Assembly: GCA_963850465.1 (NCBI GenBank)
Contig: CAWKLN010000042.1
Location: 45,856 to 109,855 of the forward strand
Reading direction: 5' to 3'
DNA: 64,000 nt
Origin: an uncultured delta proteobacterium
Lineage (GTDB): Bacteria > Desulfobacterota > Desulfobacteria > Desulfobacterales > UBA5852
In this document: positions 49,774-60,393 of the stretch, in pieces
Layout of the letters: every line of letters starts with the position of its first letter
Position numbering within the stretch: the first letter of the stretch is position 1
Position numbers and translations under genes: made by a program
Notes under the pieces: model-generated
Seen by the model: the letters and a program-made list of their open reading frames with translations, nothing else
Databases searched by the model: none
Told to the model about the DNA's origin: nothing

Positions 49774-51409
49774 TCAATGCCGGCTGCTTGCGAGTATCAA
49801 TAGCAACGCGGCATACAGCCCACTGTGGGGTGCGGCATGAAACGCGTATCGTCGGGTATCGGCATGCTTGCTTGCGCCAACATTCGAAGTGTTGGTCGCG
49901 CCATCGAAATTGCTGGCCGCGTCGGGGGGCGGCCATTCAATCATGGCATAACCAAGGGCTTTGGCATGAACGACCGGCGACGCGGGCAACTGCTCCAATC
50001 CGGGCAACAGGTGTGCTTTGGTGATGTACAATACACGGGCATTTCGTTCCGAGCGGCTTGGGGACGGGTCGATCGCGTGTCGATCGAATTGTTCGGCATC
50101 CGTAACGACCCTTTGCAAGTAAAAGGGAATCGAGTATTTCTGACGCCCGGCCATGACCCAATACAAGGTGCAGGGCTCCTCGATCCGCGCAAGGGCCTGG
50201 GCGAAGACCTGTGCCGCCGGACGACGGCTGCGGGCGCCGGGGAATTGGTCGGGATACGCGGTAAAAATGACCAACACCAGCACCCAAACTGAAATGCCAA
50301 TGAGCGCCACCGAGTTTCTTTATGGGCGTGGTTTTTAATGTTGGGAGTACGTCGCGGCACCCGATCCTGGCCATCACGATCGATAGCGGTGCGAACAGCG
50401 GCAGCACATAGAGGGGCATGCGGGACTGCGACAGGGTGAATACGCCAAGGGGGATCATGAACCACAGGAGCAAAAACAAATGATGATCTTGCAGGGGGCG
50501 CGCCTTTTTTCGAAGTTTGGCGAAGGTTCCGGCAATGACCCCGGGCCACAGCACCATCCAGGGGCCGACCCCGAGAAGAACCACCGGTGCGTAGATCCAG
50601 AACGGATCGTTGCGATCGTGCATGGTGCTGGCAAAACGTCCGACCAGCTCATCTCCGAAGAAATACGACAGGAGGCCGGGGTCGCGGGCGATCAGGACCG
50701 CGAACCACCAGAAGGAAAGCACCAAAAAAAGGATGATGCCGGGTAACGACACCAAAGAAGGTCTCTGGTGATTGCCGCGGCGCATCCATAGGTAGACGGC
50801 GATGGGTATCAAGGGCAGCAGGGCGGGCGGACCCTTGGTGAAAAAGCCCATGCCGAAAGCGCCCCAGAATATGATCTGCCAGAGGAGTGGGGAGCGACCC
50901 TGATGCTGCCATACTTTCCAGGCGGCCAGAATACCTATGGTTTCCCAGAAGGTCAGAAATGCGTCCGTGGTCAGTGTGTGCCCCCCGACAAAGGGCACCA
51001 GCGACGTGCCGAAGATGAAGGCCGCCGCCCACGCCTCCTTGCTGTTGTACCCCATGGTCCGGGCCAGCTCCCGGATGCAGAGCAGCGTGCCGGTAAAAAA
51101 AGCGGAAAGAAAAAAACGGGCCCCCCAGGCGTTGATGCCGAAAAGCTTCATGCCCCCGGCGATCATCCAATAACTGAAGGGCGGTTTGGTCAGATGGGGC
51201 TCTCCGGCCAGGGTGGGCACCAGCCAGTTTGCGCTGGTGAGCATTTCGAAGGCCACCTGCCCGTAGCGGGCTTCACTGCTGTCCCACAACGAACGCGCGC
51301 CCCAGAACATGAATCCCAGCAGCATCAGCCCGACCAGGCCGTAGCGATCGATTTTGTGGTCGCGTTTCATATTGCGGGTGGTGTCCATATGCGCTGGCCT
51401 CTGAATCAT
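49774..51409 (-). CDS. ArnT/GT39-GT83-like lipid-carrier-dependent glycosyltransferase (frameshift near 50312)
   Basis: SEARYGQVAFEM, HLTKPP, FFTKGP, SRMPLYVLPL; many TMs; start uncertain (51409, 51388 or 51370). Confidence 0.87.
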
Positions 51410-51486
51410 TCGGAAGCCTGAGCTATCCTTTAACGTGGGCAACAGGGAACAATTGCATCATAAAAGGATAGTTTAGCGCAGCGGGT

Positions 51487-51525
51487 ATGACCGCTTCATG
51501 ATCAAAAGATTACCGATTGGTCATC
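51487..51525 (-). promoter_or_regulatory. OmpR/PhoB-type repeat operator, copy B
   Basis: Minus strand GATGACCAATCGGTAATCTTTTGATCATGAAGCGGTCAT, upstream of the ArnT-like gene. Confidence 0.65.
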
Positions 51526-51677
51526 TTCAATCGTGATGATGTCAGGATCGGCGGTGTGAGGTGTTGCAGGATCGATGGCGGGAGCGTTCGCTTACTTTGT
51601 AAAGCGGGTGTTCTCGCTGTTGGCGCTAGTATTTGGCGCCAACCCACGTGCTGAAATTATTCTTGGGGGCAGCCCAG

Positions 51678-53093
51678 TTATGTGGTGCACGCTTGTGGCA
51701 GCCTGACGGTGACGACGGTGCCGTGACCGTATTGGCTCGAGACATGGATGTCCCCGCCATGCTCCCGGGCAATGGCCCGCGCCAGGTTGAGGCCAAGGCC
51801 GGTGCCGCTCTGGTGGCGGCTTTTGTCGCAACGGTAGAAGCGGTCGAAAATGCGGGGCAGGTTTTCCGGGGAAATGCCGATGCCGTTGTCTTCAAAGACG
51901 AGAATTACTTCGTTGCGCAACGCCTCCAGCCGGACGGTGACGCGGCCGCCCTCCACGGTATACTTAAGGGCGTTGTCCAGAAGATTGGCGATCATGCGTT
52001 GCAAGGTGGCTGACTCGCCCGAGATAAGGCAGACGGGGGAGCCTTGCTGCACGGACAAGGCGATGCGTTTGTCTTCCGCCAAGGGTTGAAACAGGTCGCA
52101 GGCCTCATGGACGAGAAAGGCGAGATCGACCTCTTCCTTCCGGGAGGCGCGTGCGCCGGACTCGATCTCCGAGATGAAGAGCATGGTCTCCACGAGGGAT
52201 AGCAGGCGGTCGCATTCCCTGATGGTATGGGCCATCACCGCGGTGTATTCTTCGGGATCCTTGATATCCTGCAGGGCGAGCTCCGCGGCCGTGCGGATGC
52301 GGGCAATGGGGCTGCGCAGATCGTGGGCGATGTTATCCGTCACTTCCTGCATGCCGGCAACGAGGGCCTGGATGCGGTCCAGCATGGTGTTGAAGGCGAC
52401 CGCCAGATTCGCGACGTCGCCCTTCATGTTCTGGGTGGGAACCCGTGTTTCAAACTGCCCCTGGGCGATGATCCGGCTGGCGTTCGTAATGTCGTTGATG
52501 CCGGCGGTGGCTTTCCAGGAGATGACTCCCCCGCAAACAATTCCGGCCAGGACCGCCGCCGTTGCAAATACCGCGAAGATATCTTTCAGGTCATGCAGAA
52601 ACCGTTCATCGTATTTCAGAGAATGACCGATTTGCATGACATAGCTGCTTCCCAGACGGCCTGTCAGAATGCGCACATGGTAATGGTGTCCCGGAAGCAG
52701 GGTCGTCACGATCTGATAAGGTGTTCCATTGAGTTGTGCGATCATCGATGGGTCCGGTGCGGTCAACGATTCCCAATTGGCCATGTTCGATTGCGCAACG
52801 GGTTGCCCCTCCGGCGTCAGGAGTCTGAAAAACACATTGTCGATCCCTTCGGTTCCCGATTCTAGGGTTGCCTCGCGCTGCACAGCCGCGACGCCCCCTT
52901 CCAGAAAAAGGATCTTGAATTCTTTGTATTCATTCCGGATCGCAGTATCTTTACTTTTGATAAAATAGCGTTCAACGGAGGAGTAGAGCAGAAAAAGCGC
53001 CAACAGCAGGGTCAGGGTAAGGACCCCGGTATACCAAAGCGTCAGTTTGATTTTCAGGTAGTGGCGCAGGTGGCTAATTTGTTTTAAGAACAT
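51678..53093 (-). CDS. HAMP sensor histidine kinase (CusS/ColS-like)
   Basis: Two TMs, IAHDLRSP, NLLDNALKY, DNGIGI, GTGLGL. Confidence 0.93.
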   Translation of the reverse strand: MFLKQISHLRHYLKIKLTLWYTGVLTLTLLLALFLLYSSVERYFIKSKDTAIRNEYKEFKILFLEGGVAAVQREATLESGTEGIDNVFFRLLTPEGQPVAQSNMANWESLTAPDPSMIAQLNGTPYQIVTTLLPGHHYHVRILTGRLGSSYVMQIGHSLKYDERFLHDLKDIFAVFATAAVLAGIVCGGVISWKATAGINDITNASRIIAQGQFETRVPTQNMKGDVANLAVAFNTMLDRIQALVAGMQEVTDNIAHDLRSPIARIRTAAELALQDIKDPEEYTAVMAHTIRECDRLLSLVETMLFISEIESGARASRKEEVDLAFLVHEACDLFQPLAEDKRIALSVQQGSPVCLISGESATLQRMIANLLDNALKYTVEGGRVTVRLEALRNEVILVFEDNGIGISPENLPRIFDRFYRCDKSRHQSGTGLGLNLARAIAREHGGDIHVSSQYGHGTVVTVRLPQACTT

Positions 53094-53748
53094 AGCCCGC
53101 TCCCCGGATGGTATGGATCAGTTTGGGATCGTGGTCTTTGTCGATTTTATCTCGCAAGCGACAGATGCGGGCTTCCACGACATTGGTTTCCGGGTCGAAG
53201 TTGTAATTCCAGACATGCTCGATGATCATGGTTTTGGTAACGACCCGGCCCTTGTTGTGCATGAGATATTCCAGCAGGGCATATTCTTTGGGTTGGAGTT
53301 CAATGGTGTCGGCCCCACGGGTCACCTCGCGTGTCAGAAGATCAATTGTGAGATCGGCGGCACTTAACGAGGTGGGATTGGCCGTTCCCATCGAGCGCCG
53401 TATCAGGGCCCGGATGCGGGCGACAAGTTCGGTAAACGCGAAGGGTTTGGTCAGATAGTCGTCTCCGCCGCTTTGCAGGCCCTTGACCCGGTCATCGAGC
53501 GACCGTTTGGCGCTGAGGATAATCACCGGTGTCGGGACCCCGCTCTCACGCATCCGCTGCAGCACGGTGAGGCCGTCTATTTTGGGCAGCATGATGTCGA
53601 GGATGGCGGCATCGTAGGGTTCGGTCAGGGCCATGTGCAGCCCGTCTTCGCCATTGGCAACATGATCCACCGCAAAGCCTTCTTCCTGCAGCCCTTTTTG
53701 GATAAAATGAGCGATCGTTCTATCGTCTTCGACAATGAGGATCCGCAT
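53074..53748 (-). CDS. OmpR-family response regulator (CusR/ColR-like)
   Basis: VEDD, LDIMLP, DDYLTKPF, TNVVE, HTIRGAGY. Confidence 0.95.
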   Translation of the reverse strand: MRILIVEDDRTIAHFIQKGLQEEGFAVDHVANGEDGLHMALTEPYDAAILDIMLPKIDGLTVLQRMRESGVPTPVIILSAKRSLDDRVKGLQSGGDDYLTKPFAFTELVARIRALIRRSMGTANPTSLSAADLTIDLLTREVTRGADTIELQPKEYALLEYLMHNKGRVVTKTMIIEHVWNYNFDPETNVVEARICRLRDKIDKDHDPKLIHTIRGAGYVLKTN

Positions 53749-53826
53749 CTTCGAGATTCCTTTTTGCAGCCACGTTTCATACGTGGTCGCGTCATGATAG
53801 ACGGCGCCTGAACCGCCCTTTTCGCG

Positions 53827-54696
53827 TCAGGATATTTCCGGGGGTTGTCCGGCCTGTTTGCGCCTGGCTTTCCGATGGATCAGCCATGTCAGGATGGGTT
53901 TAAGTCGTTTCATCCGACTGGCGATGACATAATGCTCCAGAAATGTGTCCCATTGCACTTTGTTCCAGGGCACGTGGCGATGGAACTGGCTCAGGTCCCG
54001 TACGGCGATAGCGATACGAGAAAGCCGCCGCCGGGATTTTTCGACATCGATCAGGTAGGGAACAAGATTGCTTTGCGGCATGGAGGGCGCTGACGCGTCG
54101 GCTTTGAAGCCGCTAATGAGGACATGTTTGCCATACAGCGCACAGTGTTGAAAGTGGTGGCGGTGCAATTTGCCGATCAAGTTCGCCGTGTCCTGAATGA
54201 CCTGACGGACTTCAGCGGGAGGGCGTTCACCCGCCTGGCGCACATAATCATCTAAAGGAATGCTTGCTGGTATTTCCCGCGTCATCAGAATGGCTTGCAT
54301 TTTTTGGCCGATATGGCGTTCCCGTAATAGAGGACATCCGGTGCTGTTATGGCGGCGGCTTGCATGGCGACAAGACATTGATATTCACGGATAGGCCGTT
54401 GGCTGGTAGTGAAACGGGTTGCCCAGGCTCCGGTACCCGTGGTTTTCCTGGCGCTTGAGATAAACGCCCATAGGGGAAGGCACCGGTCCGCTTAGTTCGA
54501 TGCGGGCCATGCCGCTCCAGCCCTGGCGCGCAAAGTTGGGTTTTTCCACCCACTCGGTCTCGAGCGCCCAGATGGCCTCGAAGGAATCCAGTCCCGCGGT
54601 CTGTAATTGCTGTTGTATCGATTCGGAACCAAAAAATTCGTTGGCTTCGTGCCGTGTGTTTGCTTTGACCACCACTTCTCCTGTGGGTGTTTGCAT
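53827..54696 (-). CDS. InaA-family lipopolysaccharide kinase 2 (frameshifts near 54390 and 54322)
   Basis: WVEKPNFARQGWSG, YLKRQ, PTAY-REY, HCALYGKH, LIDVEKSR; clear paralog of 48208..49089. Confidence 0.82.
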
Positions 54697-54935
54697 GCCC
54701 TTCTATGGATCTGACACGGTGATTCTCTTGTACCGGAAGACATGTTTAATACAATCCGAACAAGAATCCAACCCGGAAATTCTGTCGAACACGGTCGCCG
54801 ACAGACCGGCGCGCGCGTCGCATGGCTGACAGCGCACATCCGGGGTCTGGCGGTGATCATTGACATCACAGGGGACATCCGCTATGGGTTACGTCGCGCA
54901 ACGCTATCGATAATTCCTAAATCCTGGAGGTCAAA

Positions 54936-55409
54936 ATGGCAGCTGTCAACAAAGTCATCCTGGTCGGTCACTTGGGGCGCGATCCTGAAGTACGCTACAC
55001 ACCGGATGGCAAGGCCATCTGTAACTTCACCATGGCCACCACGGACTCCTGGAAAGACAAGAACTCCGGGGAGAAAAAGGAGCGCACGGAATGGCACCGC
55101 GTTGTCGTGTTCGGCCGCCTGGCCGAAATCTGCGGCGAGTATCTGTCCAAGGGGCGACAAGTCTACATCGAGGGAAGGCTCCAGACCCGCAGTTGGGAGA
55201 AGGACGGTGTTACGCGATACACAACGGAGGTGGTTGTCGACATGAAGGGCACCATGCAGATGCTTGGACCCCGGGAAGGCGGTGGTGGTGGGCCGGCTTC
55301 CGGCGGCGGACGGCGTCCCCAGGGAAATACCGGTGGCGGTTCGATGGGTAGCCATGATTACGACGGCCCCCCCGCTTACCCCGATGCCGATGATGATATC
55401 CCGTTCTAG
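54936..55409 (+). CDS. ssb: Single-stranded DNA-binding protein
   Basis: [27 protein letters not shown] tail. Confidence 0.97.
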   Translation: MAAVNKVILVGHLGRDPEVRYTPDGKAICNFTMATTDSWKDKNSGEKKERTEWHRVVVFGRLAEICGEYLSKGRQVYIEGRLQTRSWEKDGVTRYTTEVVVDMKGTMQMLGPREGGGGGPASGGGRRPQGNTGGGSMGSHDYDGPPAYPDADDDIPF

Positions 55410-55457
55410 CCGATCTGGCGTTTCGGTATAGCGACGATCCACGTTGCCTCAACGACG

Positions 55458-55501
55458 ACAAGCCTTTAATCCATGTGACGGTTTAAAGGCTTGTTTTATT
55501 T
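55458..55501 (+). terminator. Terminator-like hairpin after ssb
   Basis: ACAAGCCTTTAA-loop-TTAAAGGCTTGT followed by a T-rich tract. Confidence 0.7.
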
Positions 55502-55662
55502 CATACCAGCGACCTAAATAGTCATGACCGGCGGTGCGGGTCGCCACCGCCGGCGGATCGATCGATGCGCACGATTGGACGGGCACTGAAGTTATCGGTG
55601 GTGTTCGCGTGGTGAAATGTGATTCATAGGCGTTGCATTGAACGGAAATCAGGAGGGTATGC

Positions 55663-56224
55663 GTGAAAACCATCAAAAAAATAAAGATAGCCTTGGGTGT
55701 TTTACTGCTTGCGGGGGTTGCCTTGTTTTTGTTTTATAATCTTCCCCGCACGGCCGTGGTTCAGATCAGCGGTACGGATATGAAGCGTGTCGATCGCGCA
55801 AGCGGCAAGGTGGTGGAGCGTCAAGCGGTGGACGACCCGCGTCGCGGAACCCTTCAAACGAACGACGTCCGATATATCAATTCGGTTGCCCGTAACGGGA
55901 AGACCAGGGTTTTTCGCAACGAGGATACCGGATGGGGATGGCCGCCGTATTTCAAGTTCAACAGCGCCGACCTGACGGCCCAGGCCCAGGCGTTTGCTTC
56001 CGTCCAGGACAAGCCGTGGGTGCTCGTCAAATACTACGGCTGGCGGATTCGGATTTTTTCGATGTTTCCCAATGCGGTCAGTCTCAGGACCGTGGACAGG
56101 GACTACAGTCATTTCCCGCTGTTCAACATTGTTTTGATCGGTCTGTCTGGCGGTCGCCGTTTTCATTGTCTGGCGGAAAGTCCGAAAACTGCTCAAAGGC
56201 AGGCGGGGGACGGATCAATCCTGA
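55663..56224 (+). CDS. DUF1523-family membrane protein (probable frameshift near 56146)
   Basis: YNLP, DVRYI, FRNEDTGWGWPPYFKFNSADL, YYGWR...FPNA; shifted frame completes a TM helix LAVAVFIVWRKVRK...DQS*. Confidence 0.8.
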
Positions 56225-56314
56225 TCCGGTCGTGAAGAAAATCAGCTCTCGAAGCGGGTAACAACCATAGGATACAGTGGCAGTTAAGTTTTTTGCGCGA
56301 CCTGCCAACAAGAA

Positions 56315-56335
56315 ACCCCGGCCATGGGCCGGGGT
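56315..56335 (-). terminator. Hairpin between convergent DUF1523 gene and tatA
   Basis: ACCCCGGCC-ATG-GGCCGGGGT with TTCTTG following on the minus strand. Confidence 0.5.
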
Positions 56336-56376
56336 CAGGTGTCAGCAAAAAGCATGGCGCGTCTGGGTCGGAGAAG

Positions 56377-56562
56377 CTACGCGTCTTTTTTCTCGTCTTC
56401 GATTTTCTCGGTTTCTTTTTTATCCTCATCGGCGGTCGCCGATTTGAAGCTTTTGATCGCTTTGCCCATTCCTGCGCCGATTTCCGGTAGTTTACCTGCG
56501 CCGAAAATGATGAGAATAATCACCAGAATAATAATCAGCTCAGGCATTCCGATTCCGAACAT
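56377..56562 (-). CDS. tatA: Twin-arginine translocase TatA/E
   Basis: [38 protein letters not shown]; GGAGG RBS. Confidence 0.95.
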   Translation of the reverse strand: MFGIGMPELIIILVIILIIFGAGKLPEIGAGMGKAIKSFKSATADEDKKETEKIEDEKKDA

Positions 56563-56573
56563 ACCTCCTCCTC

Positions 56574-57008
56574 TCACTCAGACGTGATGTCTTTGATTTC
56601 CTGCAACAGGCGGGCGAATTCCTTCGATCGCGCGTGTCGGTCCAGTGCGGCCCGGTGGTTGATCCAAGTCGACCAGATTTCCAGCCAGGCCTCGTTGCGC
56701 CAGTAACAGTCAGGATCTCCACGGCCTTTTAGCCGTTCGATATAGTCGATAAACTCTTCAGAGCAGTCCTTACAAAAATGGTAAGGAATCCGATGATCGC
56801 GTATTTTGGGGCTGTTTTCTTTCGGGCATGTGCTGGCGGGCAGGCCACATTTTTCACAGTCGACCGCGCAGCACGAGCGTTGAAAGAGGTGCTCGATAGC
56901 CCTTTGCTTGCGTCTATCAAGCGTTGCATCTTTTTCCAATTTGGCGCGATCAAGCTTGTCGCATATGGAAATAATATCGGCCACGGGATACCCTGTGGGA
57001 CTGATCAT
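56574..57008 (-). CDS. Hypothetical Cys-rich protein
   Basis: [10 protein letters not shown] and FCKDC motifs; start possibly GTG near 56984. Confidence 0.7.
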   Translation of the reverse strand: MISPTGYPVADIISICDKLDRAKLEKDATLDRRKQRAIEHLFQRSCCAVDCEKCGLPASTCPKENSPKIRDHRIPYHFCKDCSEEFIDYIERLKGRGDPDCYWRNEAWLEIWSTWINHRAALDRHARSKEFARLLQEIKDITSE

Positions 57009-57209
57009 TGCTTTAAATTGAGAAAATATATCACCCTGTCGAAGGCAATGTCAATCGGGAATGGGGTCGGCCGGGAGCGGCGGCCGTGCGACCGGACTGG
57101 CAGGCCTGCCTTGTCAATCCAACCCTGCCGTGGTAATTTGTCAGTTTCCGCAAGGAAAACAGACTGTGGGCATGCAGCGTTCATGCCGTTCCGGAAACAA
57201 GGAGATTTC

Positions 57210-58277
57210 ATGAAACCGTTTCACCCCGATTGCCTTCCGATGCTCATCGGCAGCCTGCCGGTCGCTGACCACCATGAGGCGGCCGACATGGTTTTTCAGG
57301 CAACCCCCCGGATACCGGTGTGGGCCCAACTGCCCGCCCATCACGAGGAGGACATGGTGCCCCAGTTTGCACCGGGGATGCCTGGCCTGCGGCAGGATGA
57401 TGATCGAATGTATGTTGATCTTGGCGGGGATGGCTTTGAAACCGAGTTGGCGGCATTTTACGAGGATTACCTGGCGGTGACGGACGATATGGATTCTATC
57501 GAAACGTCCCGTTTCGCTTTATCCGAAGAGACGGCCGGCGGGTTCCATGTCCTAAGGGAAAGGGCCCGCGAAATGGCGCCGACGCTGCTGGCCATCAAAG
57601 GTCAGGTGACCGGCCCGATTACTTTCGGACTGGGGCTGAAGGACCACCAGGGGCGGGCTGTTTATTACGATCCCAACACGCGGGATGCGGCCGTTAAACT
57701 TTTGGCCCTGAAGGCCGCTTACCAGGTGCGCACCCTCAAGGGGTTCGGTTGCCCGGTGATCGTTTTCCTCGACGAGCCGGCCCTGGCGGGCTACGGATCA
57801 TCGGAAATGATCAGTATTTCCGCCGCTGAAATCGCCGCCAGCCTCGAGGAAATCAATGATGTCATCCACACCGAAGGGGGGCTGGCCGGCATTCACGTGT
57901 GTGCCAACACGGATTGGGGACTGATCCTGGGGACCTCGGTCGATATCGTCAACTTCGATACCTATTCGTATTTCGACCGGTTTTTGTTGTATGGCGAACA
58001 GATCAAACAATTCATCGGACGGGGGGGCATCATTGCCTGGGGGCTGGTGCCGACGGGGTCGGCCGAGGCCCTCGAAGCGGCCACCGTGGACGCCCTGGTG
58101 CGTCGCTGGGAAGGGCAATGCAACGACGTGGTGGCCTTAGGTGTGGACCGGGAGCAGCTGCTCAGCCAGTCCCTGATCTGCCCCAGCTGCGGGGTCGGGT
58201 CCCTCAGCCTGGCGCAGGCGCAGAAGGTGCTGACGCTGACGCGCGAGGTGTCCGCCCATATTTGCGCGAGGCGCTAA
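57210..58277 (+). CDS. Core (catalytic-domain-only) methionine synthase, MesB-like
   Basis: KGQVTGP, FLDEP, GIHVCANTDW, NFDTY, WGLVPT, PSCG (Zn ligands H, C, D, C); 355 aa with no folate-binding half; AAGGAG RBS. Confidence 0.75.
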   Translation: MKPFHPDCLPMLIGSLPVADHHEAADMVFQATPRIPVWAQLPAHHEEDMVPQFAPGMPGLRQDDDRMYVDLGGDGFETELAAFYEDYLAVTDDMDSIETSRFALSEETAGGFHVLRERAREMAPTLLAIKGQVTGPITFGLGLKDHQGRAVYYDPNTRDAAVKLLALKAAYQVRTLKGFGCPVIVFLDEPALAGYGSSEMISISAAEIAASLEEINDVIHTEGGLAGIHVCANTDWGLILGTSVDIVNFDTYSYFDRFLLYGEQIKQFIGRGGIIAWGLVPTGSAEALEAATVDALVRRWEGQCNDVVALGVDREQLLSQSLICPSCGVGSLSLAQAQKVLTLTREVSAHICARR

Positions 58278-58342
58278 CACGCCGGATAGCGCCCGTCCCG
58301 TCCCAAATTAATCGAAATCCGCCACAGATAGAGGATACCGCT

Positions 58343-59194
58343 ATGTCTGAAAATCAGTCTGTTTCATTTACGGGGGCCAGCCGTTACGTGCTGGATGGCG
58401 AGCTGGCCGCCATCGTCAATATTTCCATGGCCCTTGAAATGCCCCTCCTGCTCAAGGGGGAGCCCGGCACGGGTAAAACCATGCTGGCGCATGCCATTGC
58501 CGAAAACCTCGGCATGCCCCTGATTGTCCTGAACGTGAAGTCCAGCATGAAACTGGTGGATGCCCTTTACCAGTACGACACCCTGACGCGTCTCAATGAC
58601 AGCCGTTTCGCGGATTCCGATCGGGACGTCAGCGATATCGAGGCCTATATCAAGATGGGCAAAATCGGTCAGGCGTTTACGGCCGACACGCGCACGGTCC
58701 TCCTGATCGACGAAATCGATAAGGCGGACACGGATTTCCAGGACGACATGCTGGATGTGCTCGACCAGATGGAGTTTGACATCATCGAGATCGACAAAAC
58801 CGTTCCCACCAAACACCGGCCGGTGATTATCATCACCTCCAACGCCAAAAAGGATCTTTCCGATCCTTTCCTGGGGCGCTGTAATTTTCACCACATCGCC
58901 TTCCCGGACCCCAAGATGATGCGCAAAATCATTCAGGTCCATTATCCCGACATTGACAACGCGCTCATGGAATCGGCCGTGGAGACTTTTTACCGCCTGC
59001 GCGCGCTGGAAGGTGTCGAAAAAAGGCCCGCCACGCGCGAGTTGATCAACTGGATCCGGGCCCTGCGGACGGATCCGGATTTCAATCCCAAGCAGTTGTC
59101 CCGGGGCGAAGCGCCCTTTCTGGGGGTCCTGTTCAAGAAAAGCCAGGACTACCAGCGGGCCAGCAGTGTGGTGCACAGCCGGAAACTCTTCTGA
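58343..59194 (+). CDS. MoxR-family AAA+ ATPase
   Basis: LLLKGEPGTGKT, LLIDEIDKAD, IITSN, KRPATRELINW. Confidence 0.92.
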   Translation: MSENQSVSFTGASRYVLDGELAAIVNISMALEMPLLLKGEPGTGKTMLAHAIAENLGMPLIVLNVKSSMKLVDALYQYDTLTRLNDSRFADSDRDVSDIEAYIKMGKIGQAFTADTRTVLLIDEIDKADTDFQDDMLDVLDQMEFDIIEIDKTVPTKHRPVIIITSNAKKDLSDPFLGRCNFHHIAFPDPKMMRKIIQVHYPDIDNALMESAVETFYRLRALEGVEKRPATRELINWIRALRTDPDFNPKQLSRGEAPFLGVLFKKSQDYQRASSVVHSRKLF

Positions 59195-60393
59195 TGTTCA
59201 TCGATTTTTTTTATACCCTCAAAGATAACGGTGTGCCGGTCAGCCCGACCGCCTTCTTAACACTGCACCGTGCGCTCAAGACCGGTTTGATCGGATCGAT
59301 GAACGATTTCTACACCGCCGGCCGTGCGATCCTGGTAAAAAGCGAGCGCTATTTCGACCGTTTTGACCAGGTGTTCGCCCACACCTTCGAGGGGACCGAG
59401 CTACCCGATTTGGAGGGTCTGGAGATTGATGAAATGGCCCGGGGCCTGCTGGAGGAGTGGCTCAAAAACCCCCGGGAAATGGCGGATGCCCTGGGTGTTG
59501 ACGAAGAACAACTGCAGCGGATGACCCCCGAGGAGCTGCTGGACTATTTCAAGGAGCGTCTCAAGGACCAGGAAGGGGAACACCATGGCGGCAGTCGCTG
59601 GATCGGCACCGGCGGGACGTCGCCGGTCGGTCATTCCGGCTATCATCCGGGGGGCATGCGGGTGGGCGGCGTATCCCGCAACAAGTCCGCTGTGAAGGTG
59701 GCCATGGACCGCCGCTACCGGGATTATTCCCTGAGCGGGCCATTGAAGGCCTCCATGATGAACGAGGCCCTCAAACGGTTGCGGCATCTTGTGCCGACGG
59801 GCCCGCGGGACCAGGTCAACGTGGACGCCACCATCTACCAGACGATGAAAAACGGGGGGGATATCGAGATCGTTTTCGACCGGGACCTGAAGGATCGTCT
59901 GAAGGTGATCCTGGCCATCGACAATGGCGGCTGGTCCATGGATCCCTATGTGCAAATCGTCCAGACGCTTTTCAACTACGCCCGGGACCAGTTCAAGGAT
60001 CTCAAAACCTTTTATTTCCACAACACGGTTTACGATGCCCTCTGGAAAGACCCGTCACGCTACAAGCAGCCCGTCCGGCTGGAGGAGTTGGCCCGTTACG
60101 ATCCCGCCACCCGGCTGGTTCTGGTGGGCGATGCCAGCATGGCGCCCTACGAACTGATGGCCCGGGAAGGGTCGATCTATATCCAGGAACGTAGCGGTGA
60201 CCCCAGCCTGCGCCGTCTGCAGCTGCTGGCGGAAACCTTCGAAAAAGCCGTCTGGCTGAACCCGGTGCCCCAATCCCGCTGGGATTATACCCAGACCATC
60301 AGTATCATCCGCGATATCTTTCCCATGTTTGAACTGTCGATCGATGGGTTGGAAGACATGGTCACCCACCTCATGTCCAAGACGACTCCGTAA
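59194..60393 (+). CDS. VWA-domain (CoxE-like) partner of MoxR
   Basis: WIGTGGTSPVG, AIDNGGWSMD (MIDAS-like), YFHN, VGDASMAPYE, WLNP; TGATG coupling. Confidence 0.88.
   Translation: MFIDFFYTLKDNGVPVSPTAFLTLHRALKTGLIGSMNDFYTAGRAILVKSERYFDRFDQVFAHTFEGTELPDLEGLEIDEMARGLLEEWLKNPREMADALGVDEEQLQRMTPEELLDYFKERLKDQEGEHHGGSRWIGTGGTSPVGHSGYHPGGMRVGGVSRNKSAVKVAMDRRYRDYSLSGPLKASMMNEALKRLRHLVPTGPRDQVNVDATIYQTMKNGGDIEIVFDRDLKDRLKVILAIDNGGWSMDPYVQIVQTLFNYARDQFKDLKTFYFHNTVYDALWKDPSRYKQPVRLEELARYDPATRLVLVGDASMAPYELMAREGSIYIQERSGDPSLRRLQLLAETFEKAVWLNPVPQSRWDYTQTISIIRDIFPMFELSIDGLEDMVTHLMSKTTP

Noticed and set aside
54936-55409. ssb as a marker of a prophage or ICE bordering the envelope island
   Set aside because: Typical chromosomal Ssb; no integrase, att repeats, tRNA or phage/conjugation genes seen.
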